Part shown: positions 20,415 to 29,053 of the stretch, in pieces
How the letters are laid out: each line of letters opens with the position of its first letter
How positions within the stretch are numbered: the first letter of the stretch is position 1
Assembly: GCA_047627915.1 (NCBI GenBank)
Contig: JBLHTZ010000009.1
Location: forward strand, 3,055 to 67,054
DNA length: 64,000 nt
From: Vicingaceae bacterium
GTDB lineage: Bacteria; Bacteroidota; Bacteroidia; Flavobacteriales_E; Vicingaceae
Direction: 5' to 3'
Position numbers and translations under genes: made by a program
The notes under the pieces: model-generated
The model's database searches: none
The model's input: the letters and a program-made list of their open reading frames with translations, nothing else
What the model was told of the DNA's origin: nothing

Positions 20415-21185
20415 GTGAAAAATAGACCACTCATCATCGCCCACAGAGGTGCTTCTGGCTTAGTGCCTGAGAATACTTTAGTTGCTTTCGAAAAAGCAAT
20501 TGAGATAGGAGTGGACCGAATTGAAATGGATTTGCGTCAGACGTTAGACGGGGTAGTTATAGTTTTGCACGATAAAACATTAAAACGGACCACAAATGGT
20601 TGGGGGAGTGCACGTAAAATGTCGATGACAAAAATTCGACGCTATTCTGCAGGATCATGGTTTCATTATAACTTTAGCAGCGAAAAGGTTCCAACATTTC
20701 GTCAAGTGCTCGAATTAGTTAATGGTAGGACAACCTTATTGTTAGAAATTAAAGACGGAAGCCCCTATCATCATGGAATAGAACGGAATGTGATTGATTT
20801 GATAAACGAATACAATGCTCAAGATTGGTGCATCGTGCAGTCGTTCAATGATAAAGTGTTGAAAAACTTTAGAACTCTACCTGGTTTAAATAGTCACGTC
20901 CAAAAATTGTTTGAGATTGTTATTCCTGTTGCCCCGTTTATTGGAGGTAGCCAGTTTACTTACAAATCTCTGAGGCATTATGATTTTGCAGAAGAAGTAA
21001 ACGTGAATTTTAAAAATGTCACCCCTTTGGTCGTTCAAAAAGTTCACAAAATGGGCAAAAAGATCAATGTTTGGACTGTAAACGATGAGTTCGACTTGCG
21101 CTTATTTGTAAAAATGGGTGTAGATGGTATCATAACCGATTATCCTGATCGGTTAAAGAGAATCTTGGAGGAGGGCGAAAACTAA
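20415..21185 (+). CDS. glycerophosphodiester phosphodiesterase
   Basis: PLIIAHRGASGLVPENT and IEMDLRQTLDGVVIVLHD motifs. A GTG start is required because the first in-frame ATG lies inside the conserved core. Confidence 0.85.
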   Translation: MKNRPLIIAHRGASGLVPENTLVAFEKAIEIGVDRIEMDLRQTLDGVVIVLHDKTLKRTTNGWGSARKMSMTKIRRYSAGSWFHYNFSSEKVPTFRQVLELVNGRTTLLLEIKDGSPYHHGIERNVIDLINEYNAQDWCIVQSFNDKVLKNFRTLPGLNSHVQKLFEIVIPVAPFIGGSQFTYKSLRHYDFAEEVNVNFKNVTPLVVQKVHKMGKKINVWTVNDEFDLRLFVKMGVDGIITDYPDRLKRILEEGEN

Positions 21186-21249
21186 TTATTTCTCAGGCAA
21201 CGTTTTCAGTGTTTTAGGTTTCTAATATGTGAACAATAAAACAACTGCC

Positions 21250-23802
21250 ATGAAAACAATTTTACAAAAAAGCTTAGTTGCACTTTTACTGCTATTCGCG
21301 GTAAAGTCTTTCTCACAGATAACAACTACAAATAACTGGACCAAATATACAGTCGCAGATGGATTAATAAGTGACAACATATATGAGGTCATGATTCAAG
21401 ATACTTCTAACATTTGGTTAGCGACAGATTCAGGATTAACTCACTTTGACGGTACAACTTTCTCTAATTACAAACCAAGTGACTTTTTGCCGGTATCTGA
21501 CATTGTAAGCGGATTGGTATATGCTCAAGGGAAGGTTTGGATGAAAAACTCGTTAATAACTCAGAATGGAAGTTTAATGAGTTTTGACGATACTTCTTTT
21601 GTTGTTTATTCAACCGCAAATGGAATGGCACAAAATACAGTTCGCGATATTGTAGCGACAAATTCAGATACATTATGGATAACAAGCGGTAATTCAGGAG
21701 TAAGCAAATTTGATGGCACGAGTTTTACTCATTATCCAACTATTCGTTCGATTTCTATTGCCGCCGATAGCGCAAATAGAGTGTATGCATCTTTTATTTT
21801 GGGTCGCGGAAACATAGATTCAGTAGCTGTTTATGAGAATGGGATTTGGACGAATTTTTTCCCTGCGGGATTTTCTTCGAAGACTCCAATAGGGTTGTTT
21901 ATTTTGAAAGCATCTGCTGAAGGAGAAATATTTGCCTTTCCTAGAAATACTACAGATAAATACTATTATAAGGTTAGTTATCCACTTAACTTGGAGTTGA
22001 AGTCGATAGAAATTCGAGGAGTACCTTCAAGTAGCAATGCCGGCCCTACAGTAGGATCAATTAATAAACTCAATAATAAAACATGGTTTTTAGCATCACG
22101 TTCAACTATGATAGCTTGCTCAACAATGGACTCAATAGCTGATCCGCACTTTGGTAATGACCCAGGAGAGACTAGCATAAATGTAGACCTAATTGACCAA
22201 TTTGTAGCAATTGCTACGACAAAAGGTTTGTATATCTCTTCTTCTTCTGTGAAGCCTTCATCTGCAGAACAAACCATCTTCGATGTAAATACCTTTAGAA
22301 CTGGGGTAAGAATCTCAGATCCTCTTTTTGAAGAGATTTATAGTGCAACTGCTAATTTAGAGTTTCCAAAGAATAGTGGGAACCACGTTGTTTATGCGGC
22401 AAACTTTATTGTAGCGGCGAAAAAGCAAAACGCTTCTAATTTTAATGTTTTTCCTCTTGATGGGTTTCAAACTGCTTTTGCACCGGGACCTATCTCAAAT
22501 ACAGGTGGTTTAGTTGGAGATTTTATACTTAAAATCACGAAACAAGAAATTACTACTCATCAAGCAAGTGCTGGTCAACCAAATTATAACATGCCAGATG
22601 CAATCAAAAATTGGCCAGCGTTTGGCGACTCAACTTTAGGAGTTGCTACTGATCTAGCTCCTTTTTTCGATGCTAACTCAAACGGTTGTTATGATCCGCA
22701 TAATGGAGACTATCCAATTATTAAAGGAGATCAGGCTATTTACTGGATTAATCACCCACTTGAGAAGAGTTTAGAGCTGGAGTATCACTGGATGATGTAT
22801 GGGTTTAGCGCTCCAGGAACTGCGTTAGATTCCTGTCTATTTGTACAATATACAATAGTAAATAGAGCGCAGGTTGCTTACGATTCAGTTCAAGTAGGGC
22901 TTTTTCTGGACACAGATTTAGGGAATGCCGTTGACGATTACGTAGGTTGTGATAGTATCAATAATGTAATGTATTCATATAATGGAACTTTATTTGATGC
23001 AGGGCAAGGTTCAAGTCCAGGTTATGGGAATAGTACTCCAGCTGTAGGAGTTAAGTTCTTAAGTGATTCCATGTCGAGTTTAATTTACTACAACATTGGA
23101 CCAAGTTCAAATGGAGATCCTGCCACAGCTCAAGACTGGTTAAATTACATGAATGCCCGTTGGAAAAATGGAATGAATGTGAGGTACGGAGGAAATGGAT
23201 TTAACTCATCGGGCACCTCAACTTTCAGCACTACTCACATGTTTACGGGAGATCCAGTCGCTTTAACTGGTTGGACGGAATTAACACCAGGTGGCGGAGT
23301 ACCTCAAAATGCAACAGGCGACCGTAGGCTTTTTGGAGCCATGCCTTTCTTTTCTTTGCAGCCAAATGAGCGGAAAACAATTGAGATTGTTGTGGGCGTG
23401 GGTAAAACTCCCGGGTCAAATACGGTAATCGGGCAAAACATTAATGCGATGGTATCATCATTAAATAAGGCAAAGCAATTTAACGACAGTTTAGCGATAC
23501 CAGCCTTATCTTTCGCTAGTACGGATACCTGTAGTGCCGTTTCTGTAAATGAAATTTTGGCTAGTCAACAAAACAGTCTATCAGTGTTTCCAGTGCCAAG
23601 TTCGGGAGATTTGACGATTGAAGCTGATGGACAAATGAGGTTAATTGAAGTATATGATATGAAAGGTGCTAGAGTAATGTCAATGCCTACTCGTCAAAAT
23701 CGAGTTCAATTATCGTTAAGTGAATACCGAAATGGGTTTTACCTCATCAGAGTGCAATTGCAAGATGACACCTGGATGATGAAGAAAATCATTAAGCAAT
23801 AA
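21250..23802 (+). CDS. T9SS C-terminal-domain secreted protein with N-terminal propeller-like repeats
   Basis: Signal peptide MKTILQKSLVALLLLFAVKSFSQ, two-component-regulator-propeller-like repeats, and the C-terminal sorting domain LSVFPVPSSGDLTIEA...YDMKGARV...GFYLIRVQ. Confidence 0.8.
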   Translation: MKTILQKSLVALLLLFAVKSFSQITTTNNWTKYTVADGLISDNIYEVMIQDTSNIWLATDSGLTHFDGTTFSNYKPSDFLPVSDIVSGLVYAQGKVWMKNSLITQNGSLMSFDDTSFVVYSTANGMAQNTVRDIVATNSDTLWITSGNSGVSKFDGTSFTHYPTIRSISIAADSANRVYASFILGRGNIDSVAVYENGIWTNFFPAGFSSKTPIGLFILKASAEGEIFAFPRNTTDKYYYKVSYPLNLELKSIEIRGVPSSSNAGPTVGSINKLNNKTWFLASRSTMIACSTMDSIADPHFGNDPGETSINVDLIDQFVAIATTKGLYISSSSVKPSSAEQTIFDVNTFRTGVRISDPLFEEIYSATANLEFPKNSGNHVVYAANFIVAAKKQNASNFNVFPLDGFQTAFAPGPISNTGGLVGDFILKITKQEITTHQASAGQPNYNMPDAIKNWPAFGDSTLGVATDLAPFFDANSNGCYDPHNGDYPIIKGDQAIYWINHPLEKSLELEYHWMMYGFSAPGTALDSCLFVQYTIVNRAQVAYDSVQVGLFLDTDLGNAVDDYVGCDSINNVMYSYNGTLFDAGQGSSPGYGNSTPAVGVKFLSDSMSSLIYYNIGPSSNGDPATAQDWLNYMNARWKNGMNVRYGGNGFNSSGTSTFSTTHMFTGDPVALTGWTELTPGGGVPQNATGDRRLFGAMPFFSLQPNERKTIEIVVGVGKTPGSNTVIGQNINAMVSSLNKAKQFNDSLAIPALSFASTDTCSAVSVNEILASQQNSLSVFPVPSSGDLTIEADGQMRLIEVYDMKGARVMSMPTRQNRVQLSLSEYRNGFYLIRVQLQDDTWMMKKIIKQ

Positions 23803-23827
23803 AGCTATTTGTTAGAATCAAAGATAG

Positions 23828-23860
23828 GGCGCAGTAATTTTAATTACTGCGCCTTTTTTT
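23828..23860 (+). terminator. intrinsic terminator
   Basis: ggcgcagtaa / ttactgcgcc 10-bp stem followed by a run of seven T, 25 nt after the stop at 23802. Confidence 0.8.
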
Positions 23861-23898
23861 CTCAATGCTTTTGGTTGAAACAGAAGTGAAATGACTTT

Positions 23899-23906
23899 TA
23901 AGTTTG
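23899..23906 (+). promoter_or_regulatory. -7 promoter box TAAGTTTG
   Basis: Exact TAnnTTTG match 12 nt upstream of the ATG at 23919. The TTG start used by the ORF track lies inside this box. Confidence 0.45.
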
Positions 23907-23918
23907 TATTTTAGAGCT

Positions 23919-24797
23919 ATGATTGAACGAATACAAAATGAATTCGCTGAATGGTGGGATAATATATTAGCAATTTCTCCTTCTATTATTTTCGGCACTA
24001 TATTATTAGTCACTTTCATTATTCTAGGAAAGTTTGCTCGTAATGTTTTTGTTAAACGTTTTGGTTCAAAAACGGATGACTTGCTCTTAACTAACTTCTT
24101 AGGAAGAATTATTTTTTGAATTTTTGTAACCATAGGGCTGTCTTTTTTCTTGAATAAAATTGGATTAGGTGATGCAGTTGCTGGGTTATTAGCGGGTGCT
24201 GGAGTAACTGCCATTGTATTAGGTTTTGCATTCAAAGACATTGGTGAGAATTTACTTGCAGGAATAATGCTCGCTTTTAATCGACCGTTTAACATCGGGA
24301 ATGTGATAGAAATTGATGGCTTTGTAGGAACAGTAAAAGCACTTCAATTGAGAAGTACTCATCTGAGAACATTTAATGGCAGAGACATTTACATTCCAAA
24401 CTCTAGTCTAATAAAAAACCCACTTATTAATTATACCCAAGATGGCTTGTTGAGACATGATTTTATTATTGGCCTAGATTATGGTGAATCGATTAAGGAT
24501 GTAATGCAAGAGATTGATTCAACTTTATCGGGAATAACTGAAATTGTACATACCGAAGATTTGGCGCCCTTTGTGACAATTAGCGAGTTTGGAACGAGTA
24601 CGGTAAACGTAATAATCCATTTTTGGATAAACTCAAAAGACTTTATTGGCTCTACGTTAGTTTTAAAGTCGGAAGTGATGAGAAAAGTGATCGTAGCCTT
24701 GCTCGACAAAAATGTTGGAATGCCCGCAGATATTTTGGAACTAAAAATTTATCAAGAAGACAAACCTATTCAGATTACATTGAAGAAAGATGCATAG
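23919..24797 (+). pseudogene. MscS-family mechanosensitive channel interrupted by an in-frame TGA (24117..24119)
   Basis: ORFs 23904..24119 and 24150..24797 are in the same frame (offset 246 nt). Reading through gives ...NFLGRIIF*IFVTIGLSFFLNKIGLGDAVAGLLAGAGVTAIVLGFAF..., a continuous stretch of TM helices followed by the MscS beta-domain. Confidence 0.7.
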
Positions 24798-24805
24798 TTG
24801 AGGTA

Positions 24806-25783
24806 TTACATCAACCTCGCCGCCTCTTTAGCATGATAGGTAAGAATAATATCAGCTCCAGCTCGTTTCATGGAGATGAGTTTCTCCATCATTACTTTTT
24901 CTCCATCAATCCAGCCGTTTTGAGCGGCAGCTTTCAACATGGCGTACTCTCCACTTACATTATAGGCAGCCAATGGCAAATCGTGGGTGTCTTTTAATTC
25001 TCTTATTATGTCCAAATAAGAAAGTGCAGGTTTTACCATTAAAATGTCTGCTCCTTCCGCCACATCCAATGCTGCTTCTTTCAATGCTTCAATCCGGTTT
25101 GCTGGATCCATTTGATAGGTTTTCCGATCGCCTAAACTTGGCGTAGAATCCGCTGCATCTCTAAACGGTCCGTAAAAGGCAGAAGCGTATTTAACAGCGT
25201 ATGACATAATTGGAACGTCTGCATAGTTATTCAAATCCAAAGCATCTCTCATGGTTGCAATCATGCCATCCATCATGCCAGATGGAGCCAATAAATCAGC
25301 TCCAGCCTTCGCCATCGATAAGCTTTGCTTTTCAAGGTTGTTTAAAGTTTGGTCGTTGTCCACATCCATTCCATCCTTTGCACCATGAGAGGGTACTAAA
25401 ATGCCACAATGACCGTGGCTTGTATATTCACAAAAACACACATCGGCAATGACATAAAGTTGAGGGTAATTCTTTTTGATGTATCGAATAGCTGTTTGCA
25501 CCACCGCTTCATCGTTCCAAGATTCACTGCCTATTTCATCTTTGTGTTTTGGTATACCAAAAAGCATGATGGAAGGGATTCCCAATTCTACAATTTCTTT
25601 TAATTCTGCGTCCAACTGATCTAAAGAGTATCGAAAAACACCCGGCATTGTTGCGATTTCCTTTTTAATATTTTCACCTTCTTCAACAAAAAGTGGATAA
25701 ATAAAATCGGTAACATTCAAGTGATTCTCTCTAATCATAGAGCGAATCATTTCATTTTTTCGAAGTCTTCTAGGTCTAAACAT
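24806..25783 (-). CDS. hemB: porphobilinogen synthase
   Basis: [14 protein letters not shown] Schiff-base Lys region and an [15 protein letters not shown] metal-site region. 325 aa. Confidence 0.95.
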   Translation of the reverse strand: MFRPRRLRKNEMIRSMIRENHLNVTDFIYPLFVEEGENIKKEIATMPGVFRYSLDQLDAELKEIVELGIPSIMLFGIPKHKDEIGSESWNDEAVVQTAIRYIKKNYPQLYVIADVCFCEYTSHGHCGILVPSHGAKDGMDVDNDQTLNNLEKQSLSMAKAGADLLAPSGMMDGMIATMRDALDLNNYADVPIMSYAVKYASAFYGPFRDAADSTPSLGDRKTYQMDPANRIEALKEAALDVAEGADILMVKPALSYLDIIRELKDTHDLPLAAYNVSGEYAMLKAAAQNGWIDGEKVMMEKLISMKRAGADIILTYHAKEAARLM

Positions 25784-26534
25784 GTTCTTCTAATTTTTCA
25801 ATGGCATTTATCATTCCTTCTGTTGTATGCGGCTCAGCAATGGCTGAAACATCAAAGCTTTTTTGCTTCACAACATTTGCGGTGCTTGGTCCAATGCAAA
25901 TAATTTTTTCAAAGTTCAAGTCAACCTTCGCTTGTAGCCAATTTTGATAAAATGCATCAAAGGTTGAACCACTTGTAAAAGTAAGGTAATCGATTTTTTG
26001 GCTCATCACGGTTTCGAAGTCTGAAACGGTATAAGTTACAGGAAGGGTTTCGTAGATGGTTGCCGGTATTGGTATGGCACCTCTCTTCTCAAAAACTTTG
26101 AAGTATTCCTTGCTCGCTAAATTGGATTGTGGGATTAAAATTCTTTTTCCTTCAATATTTTCATCCATGTTTTCAGCAAGAATTTCTGCGGTATATTGAA
26201 TGGGTACGAAGTTGGTTCTGTAACCTAGTTGCTCCAACTTTAACTTTGTTTTTTCTCCAACGGTAGCAATTTTTAAAGCTGGGTAGTAATAAAACTTGAT
26301 TCCCTTAGTTTCTGCAATTTGGAAAAAGTACTCAACCGTTTTGGCTGAGGTGAAAACAATCCAATCAATTGTTTCTAATTGCTCAAGCTGTTGATGAATA
26401 ACTGTTAAATTTTGCGCTAATTCGAACCGAATCATAGGTGCTTCAATTACTTCAGCTCCTTTCTTCTCTAGTTGTTCTTTGAAATCTTTATTGTCTTCCG
26501 CCGATCGAGTAATCAGTACTTTTTTACCTTTCAT
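25776..26534 (-). CDS. hemD: uroporphyrinogen-III synthase
   Basis: 252-aa HEM4-like protein between hemC and hemB. It overlaps the hemB start by 8 nt. Confidence 0.8.
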   Translation of the reverse strand: MKGKKVLITRSAEDNKDFKEQLEKKGAEVIEAPMIRFELAQNLTVIHQQLEQLETIDWIVFTSAKTVEYFFQIAETKGIKFYYYPALKIATVGEKTKLKLEQLGYRTNFVPIQYTAEILAENMDENIEGKRILIPQSNLASKEYFKVFEKRGAIPIPATIYETLPVTYTVSDFETVMSQKIDYLTFTSGSTFDAFYQNWLQAKVDLNFEKIICIGPSTANVVKQKSFDVSAIAEPHTTEGMINAIEKLEEHV

Positions 26535-26538
26535 CGTA

Positions 26539-28722
26539 TTATTTAGAAGTTGTTTCTGTGGCCAATCTTCTGTCTCTAACTCTCTGCATTAAGTTACGTG
26601 CCAATTGTTCTGCCAACCTATTGGCCCCATTCTTATGTCCCTGTATAGTGTCAATTTCAACAACCGTTCCGTCTCCGGAAGCATACAACCCTTTAATGTG
26701 AATTGAATTACCATCTATTTTAGCAAAAGCAGCTAAAGGGAAGTTACAGCCACCTCCGCATGCGGTTAAGAAGCTTCTCTCGGCATCGGTTGCTACGTGG
26801 ACGTCCTTGTCGTCTATTTTTCCTACTAAACCTGCTGTTACTTCATCATCTTCTCTAATTTCAAGTGCTAAAGCCCCTTGACAAACAGCTGGAATCATTT
26901 CATCCTCCGTTAAAAATTCTGTTACCACGTCCAACATTCCTAAACGCTTCAACCCCGCAACAGCTAATATAATGGCATCGTATCCACCATCTTTCATTTT
27001 TTTAATTCTACCGTCTAAATTCCCTTGAATAAACTTCACCTCAAGGTCTGGTCTAATTTGGTTAATCTGAATTTGTCTTCTTAAACTTCCTGTACCAACA
27101 ACAGCTCCTTCAGGTAATTCTCTTATCGATTTCCCTGAATTAGAAATAAATGCATCTCTTACATCTTCTCTTTCAGAGATTGCCGAAATCATTAACCCTG
27201 GTACTTGTTCTATCGGTAAATCTTTGTAGCTGTGCACAGCTATATCGACTGTCTTGTTTAACAGTGCGCGCTGAATGGCAGATGTAAAAGCTCCCATCAC
27301 CTCTATGTTCCCATCGTCACCGCTGGTGCGAATAACTTTGGTGACATACTCTATCTGAGGATCTAATAGTTTTAATTGCTCAATAATGTGAGTGGTCTGC
27401 GTTAAGGCGAGTTTACTGCCCCTGGTGCCAACGATAACTCTTCGCTTCGGCACAAATAATTCTACTTTATCCAAATCAAAAACTTTTTTTACGGTGTTAA
27501 TTGGATTGTCTGTGAAATGCAGATTTTGAGCCATCTTTTGAACTTGCTCAATTGGCTTTTTGGAAATTTTTCGAATCATTCGATGCGCAAACTTCTCAAT
27601 AAGTCTCTTTTGCTCGTCAGTCACCTCTCCCATTTTAGGCATTAGCCATTTTAGTTCGTCGTCTTTCGTTTCATTTAGGCCATTCCAAAACGCTTCAATA
27701 ACTGGAGCCGCTTTCCTTTGATAATAAGCTTCAGTGAACTTTGTAACCTCTTCTTTTATTATTTCTTTAACCTGTGGGATTTCATTGTGGCGTTTCAAAA
27801 GCCCTTCGAAGGTCATTTTCTTTATGTCATCCAAATCATACAGATGGATATTGTCTAACTTTTTTAGATTCGGATTAAAATTTCGAGGCAAGCCGAAGTC
27901 GATTAACAGTTTCGGTTTTTGAGGAGATGCCGCAAATTGTGCTCTTGTGCATTTAGAGTTTTCAATTTCTTTCTCGGCCAATAAATTTACCTCGCCTTGA
28001 GTTCCGCCAATAATGATATCTACTTCTGCTAACAATTGTGGGAGTTTACTGACATGAACAGCCTCGCCATTCCATTCGGCGGCCATCTCATTCGCTCTTT
28101 CTAAATTATGACTTGCAATAAATAGTTTGTTGATTGAAGATCGGTCTAAAACAGTATTGACCAGGTTGGCCATATTTCCTGTACCTATAACTAATAAGTT
28201 ACATTCTTTTAAATCGAAATTGTGCTTGTTAATCAATTCAAAACCTACAGTTGCAAGTGAGGCAGAATGTTTTCCAATGTTCGTTTCTAACCTAGTTCTC
28301 TTACCAACATGCACTGCTTGTCGAATAAATTCGTCTAAAATGGGGCCAATTGTTTTGTTTTTTCTGGCTAGATCAAGGGCATCTCTAATTTGACCAACAA
28401 TTTGATGTTCGCCAATGGCTTGAGATTCTAAACCTGCAGCGGTCGAGAAAAGATTTTGAACGGCAATTTTTGTGTCAGGAAGTACGGTTAGGTATTGACT
28501 GTATTTTCCAAAGCGTTCTAAATACTCTTCCAGGTGAAGGTAACTATCTCCGAAAGCATATAGCGACAATCTATTGCAAGTAGATATGATAAAGACTTCT
28601 TGATAGACCTTCTTTAATTCCTGCAGTGCTTGTTCGGTTTGTTCTGAATTTAATGCCAGTTGTTCTCGTACTTCTATTGGAGCATAGCGGTGACTCAATT
28701 CAATGCCTACAATTCTATTCAT
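26539..28722 (-). CDS. hemA/hemC: fused glutamyl-tRNA reductase / hydroxymethylbilane synthase
   Basis: N-terminal part has ISTCNRLSLY (catalytic Cys) and VIGTGNMA (NADPH site). From about residue 420, VIVGTRGSKLALTQT...GTGSLRR...ACGGGCNFPLA matches the HemC signatures. It is one uninterrupted 727-codon ORF. Confidence 0.85.
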   Translation of the reverse strand: MNRIVGIELSHRYAPIEVREQLALNSEQTEQALQELKKVYQEVFIISTCNRLSLYAFGDSYLHLEEYLERFGKYSQYLTVLPDTKIAVQNLFSTAAGLESQAIGEHQIVGQIRDALDLARKNKTIGPILDEFIRQAVHVGKRTRLETNIGKHSASLATVGFELINKHNFDLKECNLLVIGTGNMANLVNTVLDRSSINKLFIASHNLERANEMAAEWNGEAVHVSKLPQLLAEVDIIIGGTQGEVNLLAEKEIENSKCTRAQFAASPQKPKLLIDFGLPRNFNPNLKKLDNIHLYDLDDIKKMTFEGLLKRHNEIPQVKEIIKEEVTKFTEAYYQRKAAPVIEAFWNGLNETKDDELKWLMPKMGEVTDEQKRLIEKFAHRMIRKISKKPIEQVQKMAQNLHFTDNPINTVKKVFDLDKVELFVPKRRVIVGTRGSKLALTQTTHIIEQLKLLDPQIEYVTKVIRTSGDDGNIEVMGAFTSAIQRALLNKTVDIAVHSYKDLPIEQVPGLMISAISEREDVRDAFISNSGKSIRELPEGAVVGTGSLRRQIQINQIRPDLEVKFIQGNLDGRIKKMKDGGYDAIILAVAGLKRLGMLDVVTEFLTEDEMIPAVCQGALALEIREDDEVTAGLVGKIDDKDVHVATDAERSFLTACGGGCNFPLAAFAKIDGNSIHIKGLYASGDGTVVEIDTIQGHKNGANRLAEQLARNLMQRVRDRRLATETTSK

Positions 28723-28743
28723 TCAAGCTTTTTAAAAGAGAAG

Positions 28744-28751
28744 CAAATTTA
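28744..28751 (-). promoter_or_regulatory. -7 promoter box TAAATTTG for the heme operon
   Basis: Exact TAnnTTTG match on the minus strand, 21 nt upstream of the ATG at 28722. Confidence 0.45.
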
Positions 28752-29053
28752 CCCAATAAAGGTTCGCATATAATGATAATAGTCACGTTTAACTTTAGAG
28801 AGATTAGTTAAAGATTTGAGAAATTGTGTTAACATTAGTTTTACATACAAAAATGCCTTGCCAAAAGTTCAATTGTTGAAAAAAAAAGTAAAAAAAGGCT
28901 TGAACAAGCGATGAAATCTAAGGTGAAAATTTTGTTGGGTTTGTTAATAAAACAAAATGTTCTTTCTTGTAAAAGGTCACACTTGAATCTACTTTAGTCA
29001 AAGTTAATCGTGCATTAACAATCTCTTTATTAATAAACGCCAATTAATTGAAA

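Noticed and set aside
24117-24119. TGA read as selenocysteine, or as Trp under genetic code 4
   Set aside because: TGA clearly terminates other conserved genes in this window at their expected ends: ispD at 10065..10067, the M14 peptidase at 45420..45422 and nhaA at 46781..46783. I see no SECIS-like hairpin in the 40 nt downstream, and a Sec residue inside a TM helix is implausible.
23840-24295. 151-aa minus-strand ORF overlapping the MscS gene and its promoter
   Set aside because: It is antisense to a recognisable channel gene and to the preceding terminator. It has no signal, motif or promoter box of its own.
28723-29053. Possible cobalamin riboswitch or NrdR boxes in the 331-nt hemA-nrdJ divergent region
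   Set aside because: I could not find a B12-box-like GCCACTG core, a convincing multi-stem structure, or a pair of 16-bp ACACwAtATaTwGTGT-type palindromes. Only the hemA -7 box is clear. A covariance-model scan (Rfam RF00174) would be the decisive test.
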